This document shows, in pieces, positions 9,211 to 17,816 of a stretch of DNA of 64,000 nt. Under the pieces are notes generated by a model. The model was not told where the DNA came from and searched no databases. It saw only the letters and a program-made list of their open reading frames with translations. A program made the translations under genes and the position numbers. The DNA is from Bacteroidales bacterium (GTDB lineage Bacteria; Bacteroidota; Bacteroidia; Bacteroidales; UBA932), in assembly GCA_017529425.1 (NCBI GenBank), contig JAFXNQ010000034.1, positions 15,112-79,111 of the forward strand, read 5' to 3'. How positions within the stretch are numbered: position 1 is the stretch's first letter; every line of letters starts with the position of its first letter.

Positions 9211-10110
9211 ATGAAATCGGATGTCATACGTCTGGAAACCATTGAGGATTACTGCAATTGGTGCGGGTTTGATGCGCTGCATCCGCTCGTTACGGTTGTG
9301 GATATGAGGGATTTTTCCAAACAATACCCATCTGACAAGGTAAACCTTGACCTTTATGCGGTTTGGCTCACCAAGGGCAGCGGCTTCAGCGTTGGTTACG
9401 GGCTCAAACAGTATAAGTATTCCGATTGCAGCCTGATTTGCTTTGGCCCCGGGCAGGTGGTTCAAGTTAATACCCAAGACCGCAGGTCGGACGTTTCAGT
9501 GGGTTTGATATTCCATCACGACTTGTTATTGGGAACTCATCTGGGGAAGAAATTAGGCAGATATGCGTTCTTTTCATACAGCAGTTCCGAGGCTCTTCAC
9601 CCTTCGCCCGGTGAGATGGTTCAATGCGAAGCCCTGGTGGACAAGATACACGATGTGCTAAAGCAGAACGGATCCAAGACCGACAGGGGATGGCTTTGCG
9701 ACCTTATAGAATGTCTACTGGAAATCTGCCTTAAGTGTTACGACCGGCAGGTTGTGGTACACGAAGCCGGCAACAGCGATCTCCTGAGCGATTTCGAAAG
9801 GGCTCTCACACAATGGTACGAAAGTGGCTTTGTTGCGCGCAAGGGTTTCCCCAGCGTAGCCAGTATTGCCGACATTCTTAACCTGTCTCCCGGCTATCTT
9901 GGCGAGCAGATAAAGCATGAGACAGGCGTTAATATCCGGGATTATATCAAGTCCAGAATCATCCTGCTCTCAAAGCAGGCACTGCTGGCCACCGACCTTC
10001 CGATAGCCTCAATCGCCAATATGTTCGGCTTCACCTATCCGCAGCATTTCACCCGATTATTCAAGAATTTAACCGGAATGACGCCGGCAGAATACAGAAG
10101 ACACAAATGA
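9211..10110 (+). CDS. AraC/XylS family transcriptional regulator
   Basis: C-terminal double HTH (IASIANMFGFTYPQHFTRLFKNLTGMTPAEYRR). N-terminal cupin-like sensing domain. ATGA overlap with the next gene. Confidence 0.85.
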   Translation: MKSDVIRLETIEDYCNWCGFDALHPLVTVVDMRDFSKQYPSDKVNLDLYAVWLTKGSGFSVGYGLKQYKYSDCSLICFGPGQVVQVNTQDRRSDVSVGLIFHHDLLLGTHLGKKLGRYAFFSYSSSEALHPSPGEMVQCEALVDKIHDVLKQNGSKTDRGWLCDLIECLLEICLKCYDRQVVVHEAGNSDLLSDFERALTQWYESGFVARKGFPSVASIADILNLSPGYLGEQIKHETGVNIRDYIKSRIILLSKQALLATDLPIASIANMFGFTYPQHFTRLFKNLTGMTPAEYRRHK

Positions 10111-11156
10111 AACAGATAATCACCTTCCTGACCGCCGCAGCCCTGATGCTGACTGCCTGCAAATCAAACACAAACGAGAATATGAGCACCCTTACCCTTT
10201 CCCGTGAATGGGACAAGACCTTTCCCAAGTCCGAACTGGTGAACCACAGCAAGGTCACCTTCCACAACCGCTACGGAATAGAGTTGGCGGCCGATATGTA
10301 TTCGCCCAAGAATGCCGATGGCAAACTGCCCGCCATTGCAGTAAGCGGCCCTTTCGGCGCAGTCAAGGAGCAGGCCAGCGGACTCTATGCCCAACATATG
10401 GCCGAAAGAGGATTTCTTACCATCGCCTTCGACCCGTCGTTTACCGGAGAATCGGGCGGTGAGCCCCGCAGGATGGCATCGCCGGATATCAATACCGAGG
10501 ACTTCCTGGCTGCGGTGGACTTCCTTTCCACCTGCGACCTGGTGGACCCTGAACGCATCGGAATCATCGGCATTTGCGGTTTTGGAGGCATGGCCATCAA
10601 TGCTGCTGCGCTTGACCCACGCATCAAGGCCACGGTGACTTCCACGATGTACGATATGAGCAAGGTGAATGTGGAAGGTTATTTCGCCAGTGAGGATACA
10701 CCAGCCCAAAGGATGGAGAAACGCAAGGCCCTGGCTGCACAGCGCACGAAAGACTATGCAGCAGGCACTTATGAGCGTGCCGGCGGCGTCATCGACCCGC
10801 TTCCCGAAGATGCGCCGTGGTTCGTAAAGGACTATCACGCATACTATAAGACACCCCGGGGCTATCACGTGCGCAGCGGCAACTCCACCGATGGCTGGAA
10901 CATCATCGGCTGCCAGAGCTTCCTGAACCAGCCCCTGCTGGCCTGGGCGGGCGAAATCGAGACACCCATGCTCATCATCCACGGCGAGAAAGCCCACAGC
11001 CGCTACTTCAGCGAGTATGCTTTTGGCCTGCTGACCGGAGACAACAAGGAACTGATGATCATCCCCGGTGCCTCCCATGTGGACCTCTATGACGATGTGG
11101 CCGGGGTCATCCCTTACGACAAGATAGGGGCTTTCTTCAAGGAGAATCTGAAATAG
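10107..11156 (+). CDS. Alpha/beta hydrolase lipoprotein with Cys nucleophile elbow (dienelactone-hydrolase-like)
   Basis: Lipobox LMLTACKS. Nucleophile elbow GICGFGG (GxCxG). C-terminal IIHGEKAH and PGASHVDLYD (His). Confidence 0.7.
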   Translation: MKQIITFLTAAALMLTACKSNTNENMSTLTLSREWDKTFPKSELVNHSKVTFHNRYGIELAADMYSPKNADGKLPAIAVSGPFGAVKEQASGLYAQHMAERGFLTIAFDPSFTGESGGEPRRMASPDINTEDFLAAVDFLSTCDLVDPERIGIIGICGFGGMAINAAALDPRIKATVTSTMYDMSKVNVEGYFASEDTPAQRMEKRKALAAQRTKDYAAGTYERAGGVIDPLPEDAPWFVKDYHAYYKTPRGYHVRSGNSTDGWNIIGCQSFLNQPLLAWAGEIETPMLIIHGEKAHSRYFSEYAFGLLTGDNKELMIIPGASHVDLYDDVAGVIPYDKIGAFFKENLK

Positions 11157-11157
11157 T

Positions 11158-11685
11158 ATGATTCGCACATTAGCCATCGGAATCCTATCCACAGTCATTC
11201 TCCCGGTCATGCTCGCCTGCGAGAAACTTCCTGACCCGGTCGCACCCGATCCGCCCCAGGAAGAAAGGAAAGAAGGCCAGGAGAATAATGGCAACAATAA
11301 CTCCGAGGGAACCGATAATACCATGCCCGAGACCATCAAAATCTCCGTTTCCGGAAAGACGCTTTCGGTGAAGATTGAAGACAACGATGCCACCAAGGCC
11401 CTTGTGTCGGCCCTGCGGGAGGCATCCATCACATATGAGGCCCACGATTATGGCGGCTTCGAGAAAGTGGGAGGACTCGGAAGGAGGCTGCCTTCCAGCG
11501 ACTCGCAAATCACCACCCAGCCAGGCGATGTCATCCTCTACAGTGGCAACCAGCTTGTGCTGTTCTACGGCAGCAATTCCTGGAGCTACACGCGCATCGG
11601 CAGGATGCAATATGGAACGCTGGATCAATTGAAAGACTTCCTGCAGTCAGGCCGGGGAAATATTACAGTAACTCTGTCCCTGTGA
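11158..11685 (+). CDS. Cyclophilin-like fold protein (exported)
   Basis: Lipobox-like VMLACEK, then a low-complexity linker. The beta-barrel domain carries GDVILYSGNQLVLFYGSNSWSYTRIG, typical of the cyclophilin-like family found beside flavodoxins. Confidence 0.5.
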   Translation: MIRTLAIGILSTVILPVMLACEKLPDPVAPDPPQEERKEGQENNGNNNSEGTDNTMPETIKISVSGKTLSVKIEDNDATKALVSALREASITYEAHDYGGFEKVGGLGRRLPSSDSQITTQPGDVILYSGNQLVLFYGSNSWSYTRIGRMQYGTLDQLKDFLQSGRGNITVTLSL

Positions 11686-11704
11686 TATGAAATAGCAGAG
11701 GAAA

Positions 11705-13039
11705 ATGAAAAGGATATTAGTTTTTTTGATGGCTATGTCAATGACCGCAAACGGGCTTTGGGCACAAATCGATGTACACAGCCATGCCATTACAGACTTC
11801 TATATGGAGTTTATCCGGGCGCACGGAGCCGGAATGAGTGAAGGGTTTCCCATCCCGTCCTGGAATGCAGAGGAGCACCTCGCTTTTATGGACAAGGCAG
11901 GGATCAGGACCTCTGTCCTGACTATGCCGGCACCCCAGCCGTGGTTCGGGGACGGCGCGGAATCGGCCGCATTCTGCCGCAAGTACAACGAAGCTTGCGC
12001 CGCGCTCAAGGCGCAGCATCCCGGACGCTTCCTTTTTTGTGCATCCCTGCCGCTGCCGGACGTGGCGCGCGCCATCGAAGAAGCAGTCTACGCGTTAGAC
12101 ACACTGGGTGCCGACGGGGTCAAGCTGGCCACCAACAGCTACGGCCAGTATCTGGGGGATCCGGACCTGGAGCCGATGATGGAAGTGCTTAATGAGCGCA
12201 AGGCTGTCATCATCACCCATCCGCACAAGCCGTCGGCGGCGAATGACCGGCTCATCGCCGATGTCCCTCTGGCATCGTACGAGTACCTGGCCGAGACCAC
12301 GAGAGCCATCCTCAATATGGCAGCCCACGACGTCCTTGTCCGCTACCCAGACCTCAAGGTGGTCGTCCCGCACTGCGGCTCCTTCCTGCCTGCAGCGCTC
12401 CCGCGTTTCAAGGGCCTGCTGCCCGTTATGGTGAATAACGGCTATATGCAGCCGGTGGATGTGGATGCCAATGTTTCCCGGCTCTATTTCGACCTGGCCG
12501 GCGCCGCAACTGACGATGTTGTCCGGGCGCTGCTCTCCATCACCACTGCCGACCATCTGCTGTACGGTTCCGACTATCCTTATGTGTCCGCACAGGCACT
12601 GATGGGGGCTAAAGCCTCTCTGCAACAGCGGCTTCCGACTTTGGGCCTGGACCCGCAGGCTGTCCTGACTGACAACGCGCGGAGACTGTTCGGAGACTCC
12701 ATACCCGCACGGGAGTATGGAGAAAGAATGGTCCGCCTCGCCGAGATAGATATCGTCCCGGAAAAACTGGAAGCTTATATGGAATTTGCTGCGGAAGTGG
12801 GCCGTGTGTCAATGGCGACGGAGCCCGGCGTAATCGCCCTGTTCTCTATGCAGGACAAGGCGGATCCCTGCAAGATTTACATCCTGGAAGTATATGCCGA
12901 CCGGCAGGCCTATGAGGCACACATCCAGACATCGCATTTCCGGAAATACAAAGACGGCACCGCCGATATGGTCCGTTCCCTCAAACTCATTGACACCATC
13001 CCGCTGGTTATGGCGGATTTCTTAAAAAAAGCACTGTAA
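11705..13039 (+). CDS. Amidohydrolase_2 (ACMSD/LigW-type decarboxylase-like) fused to an ABM (antibiotic biosynthesis monooxygenase-like) domain, with signal peptide
   Basis: Signal [21 protein letters not shown] is followed directly by the metal motif IDVHSHAI (HxH). GSDYPY lies near the end of the TIM barrel. The C-terminal roughly 100 aa ([19 protein letters not shown]...[24 protein letters not shown]) form an ABM-type ferredoxin-like domain. Confidence 0.65.
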   Translation: MKRILVFLMAMSMTANGLWAQIDVHSHAITDFYMEFIRAHGAGMSEGFPIPSWNAEEHLAFMDKAGIRTSVLTMPAPQPWFGDGAESAAFCRKYNEACAALKAQHPGRFLFCASLPLPDVARAIEEAVYALDTLGADGVKLATNSYGQYLGDPDLEPMMEVLNERKAVIITHPHKPSAANDRLIADVPLASYEYLAETTRAILNMAAHDVLVRYPDLKVVVPHCGSFLPAALPRFKGLLPVMVNNGYMQPVDVDANVSRLYFDLAGAATDDVVRALLSITTADHLLYGSDYPYVSAQALMGAKASLQQRLPTLGLDPQAVLTDNARRLFGDSIPAREYGERMVRLAEIDIVPEKLEAYMEFAAEVGRVSMATEPGVIALFSMQDKADPCKIYILEVYADRQAYEAHIQTSHFRKYKDGTADMVRSLKLIDTIPLVMADFLKKAL

Positions 13040-13041
13040 CA

Positions 13042-13593
13042 ATGAAAAGAATGATCCTGTCCGTGATGATGCTTTCAGCCCTGACGCTGACTGCCTGCGG
13101 ACAAACCAAAAAACACAATGAAATGAAAACCCTCGTAGCCTATTTTTCCGCCACTGGAACCACTGAGGCCATTGCTGAAGACCTTGCCTCAGTGACGGGC
13201 GCCACCCTTTATGAAATCAAACCGGAAGAAAAATACACCGCCGCAGACCTCGACTGGCACGACAAGCAGTCCCGCACCAGCCTGGAAATGGCGGATAAGA
13301 CTTCCCGCCCCGCAATCGTCAAAGACCTCAAGGATGCCGACAGTTTCGATGTCATCTATATCGGCTTCCCCGTATGGTGGTACACGGCCCCCACAATCAT
13401 CAACACCTTTATCGAGACCTACGGTTTCGAGGGCAAGACAGTGATTTTCTTCGCCACCTCCGGCGGCAGCAGCATAGACAAGGCCAACAAGGACTTCAAG
13501 GCGCAGTATCCGAAAATCAACTGGAAAGAGGGCAAAACCCTGAATGGCGCGAAAAAAGCCGAAATCAAGGCCTGGGCTGACGGGCTGAAATAG
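13042..13593 (+). CDS. Flavodoxin (Flavodoxin_4-type) with lipoprotein signal
   Basis: Lipobox LTLTACGQ, then [20 protein letters not shown] (FMN phosphate loop) and [10 protein letters not shown]. Confidence 0.7.
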   Translation: MKRMILSVMMLSALTLTACGQTKKHNEMKTLVAYFSATGTTEAIAEDLASVTGATLYEIKPEEKYTAADLDWHDKQSRTSLEMADKTSRPAIVKDLKDADSFDVIYIGFPVWWYTAPTIINTFIETYGFEGKTVIFFATSGGSSIDKANKDFKAQYPKINWKEGKTLNGAKKAEIKAWADGLK

Positions 13594-13654
13594 GAGTCAA
13601 ATATGATTAAACCCTACTGCGCCCGGAGGGGCCTGTGGACAAAACAAGATCGAT

Positions 13655-14158
13655 ATGAACCAGAAAGCACTTGTCATCTTCTTCTCCCACGCCGGCGAGA
13701 ACTATTCCGTGGGTAACATAGAAGTGGGCAACACCAAGATTGTGGCCGACTATATCTCTGAGATTACCGGCGCCGGACAGTTTGAAATCGTAGCCGAAAA
13801 GGACTATGACATGCCCTATATGGACCTCATCAAAGTGGCCCAGGAAGAGACGAAAACCGGAGAACTGCCCGCATACAAAGGCGATGTAGATGTGACCCCC
13901 TACGATGTCATCTTCATCGGCGGGCCCGTCTGGTGGGGCACCTATCCGCAGGTGATGTTCACCTTCTTCAAGGATCACGACCTTTCAGGAAAGACTGTCA
14001 TCCCGTTTACCACACACGAAGGCAGCGGCCTCACTTCCACCGTTCAGGATGTAAAGAAAGCCTTCCCCAAGGCCGATGTCAAGCCGGGTTTCGCAATCTA
14101 CGGCCACGAAGTCCGTACCGGCAGGGCCAAAGTGGAGAAGTGGCTCAAGCATTTATAA
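13655..14158 (+). CDS. Flavodoxin (no signal peptide)
   Basis: ALVIFFSHAGENYSVGNIEVGNT and IGGPVWWGTYP motifs. 167 aa. Confidence 0.7.
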   Translation: MNQKALVIFFSHAGENYSVGNIEVGNTKIVADYISEITGAGQFEIVAEKDYDMPYMDLIKVAQEETKTGELPAYKGDVDVTPYDVIFIGGPVWWGTYPQVMFTFFKDHDLSGKTVIPFTTHEGSGLTSTVQDVKKAFPKADVKPGFAIYGHEVRTGRAKVEKWLKHL

Positions 14159-14221
14159 GAAGGCCGCCAGATTTCTTAAACCTCTGATGCCTATATTCTC
14201 GGCAGCTTACGGGAAGACCTT

Positions 14222-14632
14222 TTGTCAAGCGTGCATGCCGTGTTGCTTGCCCCCGTACTCGAAGAGTTGTGCTTCAGGCAGATGGCCATATCGCCTTTCC
14301 GCCGCCGAGGCGCACAGGCAGTTGCCTGCGTGGTGACGGCTGTTTTGTTCGGGCTGCTCCACGTGCGTAATTTCCCGGGAGCCTTCCTCAGCGCCATAAT
14401 CTATGGACTGGTCTTTATCTGGTCTGGAAGTATCTGGTGCAGCGTGGCACTCCTCGCAGGGAGGAATCTCACGGCAACACTCCTTGCCGTTTACAGCTGG
14501 CTGCAACTTGGCGATATTCAGATGGCGAGAATACCTGTAATCATACTGCCAGACATAAAGGTGGTCATCGCGAGTGTAATCCTGGCCGCTGCCGGCGCGT
14601 ACTGGTTGATAAGGAAAAGATATATACCCTAG
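14222..14632 (+). pseudogene. N-terminally truncated CPBP-family protease remnant
   Basis: The ORF opens with TTG. CPBP motif 1 (LEELCFRQ) is already at residues 13-18 and motif 2 is LFGLLHVRNF. The 3-4 TM helices that normally precede motif 1 are missing. Abuts the flavodoxin gene. Confidence 0.4.
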
Positions 14633-15510
14633 TACTTGATTTTGAAGTAATCCAGAAGCCCCTTATAGTTGTCCTGTGCGGTCAGGCAGGTATCAAGAAG
14701 ATACCCATTGATATGCCCCCATTCGCTTAATCCTCGGTAGTAGAACCACTTAAGTTCATCAGTGATAATCAGCGGAACGATTCCGGCGGCCAGGCATTCC
14801 TTGAACATAACAAGACGCCCCACACGGCCGTTACCGTCCTGGAAGGGATGGATTGATTCAAACCGCTGGTGAAGGTCAATGATGTCCTCCAGTTTCTTTT
14901 CTTTCTTTGAATTATATTCGGCGAGCAGGGCTTTCATCTGTATATGGACCTGTTCCGGCGGGCAAGTGTCGCGGCCCCCTACCTCGTTTGGCAGTTTTTT
15001 GTAATCGCCCACATTGAACCAGTCCTTCCGGCTGTCGGACGTCCCCGTTTTCAGAATTCGATGAAGCTCTTTGATAAGACTCTCTGACAGTTTCTCTTCC
15101 GCCCTGTCGATAATCAGGTCTATGCAGCGGAAGTGGTTGGCTGTTTCCACAATATCGTCAACGCTCACGGCCTCGTCGGCCACCCCAATCATATTTGTCT
15201 CAAATATGTATCGGGTCTGGTCGTGGGTCAGACGGCTCCCTTCAATGTGATTGGAGTTATAGGTCAGGTCAATCTGTGTTCTATGGTAGATGCCGCCGTT
15301 GATTCTTCCCTCTTTCTCTTCCCTGAGACGTTTCAGGAGCGGAGACATACGGAACTTGCCCTTTCTGGGCAGCGGGGCATCCGCAGGGATGTTCCACGTT
15401 TTCCCGGACAGGAATGCGCCCCGCATCTTTCCTGCGCTGCACCAGGAACGCACAGTCCTTTCCGAGAGACCGTGCATATCGGCATATTGACTGACTGTTA
15501 TGAAGTCCAT
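14629..15510 (-). CDS. Fic-family protein (class II, N-terminal HTH plus auto-inhibitory helix)
   Basis: Fic motif HPFQDGNGRVGR. Upstream inhibitory motif SNHIEG ((S/T)xxxE(G/N)). N-terminal MerR/excisionase-like HTH VSQYADMHGLSERTVRSW. Confidence 0.85.
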   Translation of the reverse strand: MDFITVSQYADMHGLSERTVRSWCSAGKMRGAFLSGKTWNIPADAPLPRKGKFRMSPLLKRLREEKEGRINGGIYHRTQIDLTYNSNHIEGSRLTHDQTRYIFETNMIGVADEAVSVDDIVETANHFRCIDLIIDRAEEKLSESLIKELHRILKTGTSDSRKDWFNVGDYKKLPNEVGGRDTCPPEQVHIQMKALLAEYNSKKEKKLEDIIDLHQRFESIHPFQDGNGRVGRLVMFKECLAAGIVPLIITDELKWFYYRGLSEWGHINGYLLDTCLTAQDNYKGLLDYFKIKY

Positions 15511-15602
15511 TTTATCGGCAAGAATAAGTATTTCTTCGATACAAATATGGCAATTCTTGCCGATATCGGCAAATAATTGCAGGTTATAATAATTGGGGAA
15601 CT

Positions 15603-16316
15603 ATGTATAACTTTGATAGCTCGATAAATCGGTTTTTACAGACTATGGATAAAGGATTGCTGACGCAAGCGTTGTCAAAATTCTTCCTGGGGGTCATCCT
15701 CCTCGGAATTCTCTTATTCCTTCCGGCCGGGTCTTTTCACTATTGGCAGGGATGGCTGCTGATGGGCATTCTGTTCGTGCCGATGTTTGTGGCCGGGCTG
15801 GTGATGATGACAAAAAACCCTGATTTGCTGCGAAAGCGCCTGAACGCAAAAGAACAGGAGAATGAGCAGAAAACCGTGGTAAGGCTGAGCGGCTTATTGT
15901 TTATCGCGGCCTTTGCCGTCGCAGGTTTGAACTGGCGCTTTGGCTGGTGGATCTTGCCAGATTGGGCCGTGTGTATGGCTGCAGGCTTGTTCCTGGCTTC
16001 TTATCTTCTGTATGCTGAGGTGCTGCGGGAGAATACTTACCTGTCCCGGACCATCGAAGTCCAGGAGAACCAGAAAGTCATTGATACCGGCCTCTATGGC
16101 ATTGTCCGGCATCCGATGTATATGGCCACCACCATTCTTTTCCTGGCAATGCCGCTGGTGCTGGCCTCTCCCCTCTCATTCATTATCATGCTGGGATACA
16201 TTCCAGTGATTGCCAAGCGCATCAAGAATGAAGAGAAAGTGCTGGAAGAAGGGCTGGAGGGTTACAGGGAGTACAAGCAGAAGGTGAGATACAAAGTGAT
16301 ACCGTTCGTATGGTAA
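15603..16316 (+). CDS. Isoprenylcysteine carboxyl methyltransferase (ICMT)/phospholipid methyltransferase family membrane protein
   Basis: Polytopic ORF. C-terminal LVxxGxYxxxRHPxY-type motif VIDTGLYGIVRHPMYMATTILF. The start could instead be Met15 (15645). Confidence 0.65.
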   Translation: MYNFDSSINRFLQTMDKGLLTQALSKFFLGVILLGILLFLPAGSFHYWQGWLLMGILFVPMFVAGLVMMTKNPDLLRKRLNAKEQENEQKTVVRLSGLLFIAAFAVAGLNWRFGWWILPDWAVCMAAGLFLASYLLYAEVLRENTYLSRTIEVQENQKVIDTGLYGIVRHPMYMATTILFLAMPLVLASPLSFIIMLGYIPVIAKRIKNEEKVLEEGLEGYREYKQKVRYKVIPFVW

Positions 16317-16454
16317 ATTATTCATTACTACTTTCCTTTCGCCTGACACTGACCATACCCCGAAAACGGAGACCGAAAGTGATCGGAATAATCCATATAT
16401 TCTGCTGCGCCCAAGGATAATAACTACCTTTGACAGTTAGATAAAACGATAATT

Positions 16455-16781
16455 ATGGCCTGCAATCCAGACTTCGTCCAATACATCATCGACCAGTGCT
16501 CCGGCGCCGGTGAGATTGCCGTGAAAAAGATGATGGGAGACTACTGCGCCTATTGTGACGGTATTCTCTTCGGGCTCATCTGTGACAACAACTTCTACGT
16601 GAAGGTGACCGAACCTGGCAGAGCTATCCTCAAGGAGGTCATCCTTCGGCCGCCGTATGAAGGCGCCAGGGACTATTTCTACATCAGCGATGTGGATGAC
16701 CGGGACTACTTGACGATGCTCATCACAGCCACGATCCCTGCGCTCCCAAAGCCAAAGGCGAAGAAAAAGCCGATAAAGTGA
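16455..16781 (+). CDS. TfoX/Sxy N-terminal domain protein
   Basis: 108 aa. DFVQYIIDQCSG...KKMMGDYCAYCDGILFGLICDNNFYVK matches the TfoX_N pattern. Confidence 0.55.
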   Translation: MACNPDFVQYIIDQCSGAGEIAVKKMMGDYCAYCDGILFGLICDNNFYVKVTEPGRAILKEVILRPPYEGARDYFYISDVDDRDYLTMLITATIPALPKPKAKKKPIK

Positions 16782-16857
16782 GCAGCGGAGAACCTTTGTA
16801 CTTGTTTGCCGGCTTTGACCGTTCTGGAGAGTGTAAAATCACTTGACCGAGTAAAGG

Positions 16858-17349
16858 GTGAAACACATTCCCAACATAATTACTATCCTCAGATTCCTTG
16901 GAGCCGCCCTTCTGTTGCTCTGTAGTCCGGCAGGTGCGGCTTTCTGGATAATTTATGGCCTGTGCGGTGTTGGTGATATGCTGGATGGTTACCTGGCGCG
17001 GAAACTGCACGCCGCAAGTAAGACCGGTGCCGTGCTGGACAGTGTGGCGGACATCTGCTTTGTCGCTTGCTGCGCAATACGGTTAATCACAGTTGTGAAG
17101 ATTCCGACGTGGTTATGGATCTGGGCAGGGGTGATTATCGCCATCAAAATCTGCAATCAAGTTTCTGCACTGGTTGTCTGCAAACGCTTCCGCTTCCCTC
17201 ACACAATAGCGAACAAACTGACTGGTCTTTTGCTCTTCCTCTCTGTCCCTACAATATTCTGGACCGTTGTCCCCCTCGCAGTTGCCGCCGGTGTCGCCTC
17301 ATTTGCCGCCGTTCAGGAAGGCCATTTAATCAGGACACTCAAGTGTTGA
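16858..17349 (+). CDS. CDP-alcohol phosphatidyltransferase family protein (short)
   Basis: GTG start. IPNIITILR N-terminus. Signature DGYLARKLHAASKTGAVLDSVAD (DGx2ARx8Gx3Dx3D). Confidence 0.7.
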   Translation: MKHIPNIITILRFLGAALLLLCSPAGAAFWIIYGLCGVGDMLDGYLARKLHAASKTGAVLDSVADICFVACCAIRLITVVKIPTWLWIWAGVIIAIKICNQVSALVVCKRFRFPHTIANKLTGLLLFLSVPTIFWTVVPLAVAAGVASFAAVQEGHLIRTLKC

Positions 17350-17410
17350 AAAAAGAATACGCTATATTTGGTTATATCGGGCTTCCGGCCTGGTTCTGTG
17401 ATGGCCGGCA

Positions 17411-17465
17411 GGCTCCGGGTACAAGAAAAAGCCGCAAGAAGCGGCTTTTTCTTGTACCCGGAGCC
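17411..17465. terminator. Perfect 25-bp inverted repeat (5-nt loop). Bidirectional terminator that overlaps the 3' end of tRNA-Leu
   Basis: 17411-17435 (ggctccgggtacaagaaaaagccgc) is the exact reverse complement of 17441-17465. The inner part is AAAAAGCCGC-loop-GCGGCTTTTT. The outer 11 nt of the right arm are the tRNA 3' acceptor/T-arm. Confidence 0.7.
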
Positions 17466-17538
17466 GGGGTCGAACCGGCACAGCCTCGCGGCCACTGGTG
17501 TTTGAGACCAGCGCGTCTACCGATTCCGCCATCCGGGC
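17455..17538 (-). tRNA. tRNA-Leu (anticodon CAA), class II with long variable arm
   Basis: The minus strand reads GCCCGGATGGCGGAATCGGTAGACGCGCTGGTCTCAAACACCAG...GGTTCGACCCCGGCTCCGGGTA. The 7-bp acceptor stem closes. Anticodon loop is CTCAAAC. No encoded CCA. Confidence 0.9.
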
Positions 17539-17594
17539 TTATGAAATGAGGAGCTTACAGCCCCCGGCAGACGTCCCATAACGGGAAGTGGGTG

Positions 17595-17602
17595 CAAAGG
17601 TA
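17595..17602 (-). promoter_or_regulatory. Candidate -7 box (TAccTTTG) for tRNA-Leu
   Basis: The minus strand reads TACCTTTG about 57 nt upstream of the tRNA 5' end. Confidence 0.35.
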
Positions 17603-17816
17603 TGGCATTTTTCCGAAATTCCAATACTATGTTTCGTACCTGAAGATGCAGAAGCGCGGGAGAACCCCGTGGCGGCAAATGTGCTGTCATTCAGCATTTT
17701 ACGCTAACTAACCCGCGCGTATTAATGCGGGTTGCTTTTAATAAGTTGTTGATAATCAGAGGGATTGCCGCCAGCGTTCTCTTGTTGGACAGCGGAGTGT
17801 GGTATAGAATCCTTGA

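Noticed and set aside
17067-17549. 160-aa plus-strand ORF spanning the end of the CDP-alcohol transferase gene, the 25-bp hairpin and tRNA-Leu.
   Set aside because: It overlaps a tRNA gene and a terminator, is out of frame with the upstream CDS, and is Arg/Pro-rich. It is not credible as a gene.
14159-17816. Integrative element at tRNA-Leu (integrase, att direct repeats).
   Set aside because: No integrase, recombinase, transposase or mobilisation gene is present. The tRNA 3' end is duplicated only in inverted orientation, not direct. The observation is kept as a low-interest finding rather than a mobile-element call.
17539-17816. 278-nt intergenic region with a hairpin (AACCCGC-N10-GCGGGTT at 17710-17733) followed by GCTTTT on the plus strand. 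Considered as a small RNA.
   Set aside because: There is no plus-strand promoter box upstream. The stem is only 7 bp with a 10-nt loop. The region also has to host the tRNA-Leu promoter and the end of the AroD-EPSPS transcript. The evidence is insufficient.
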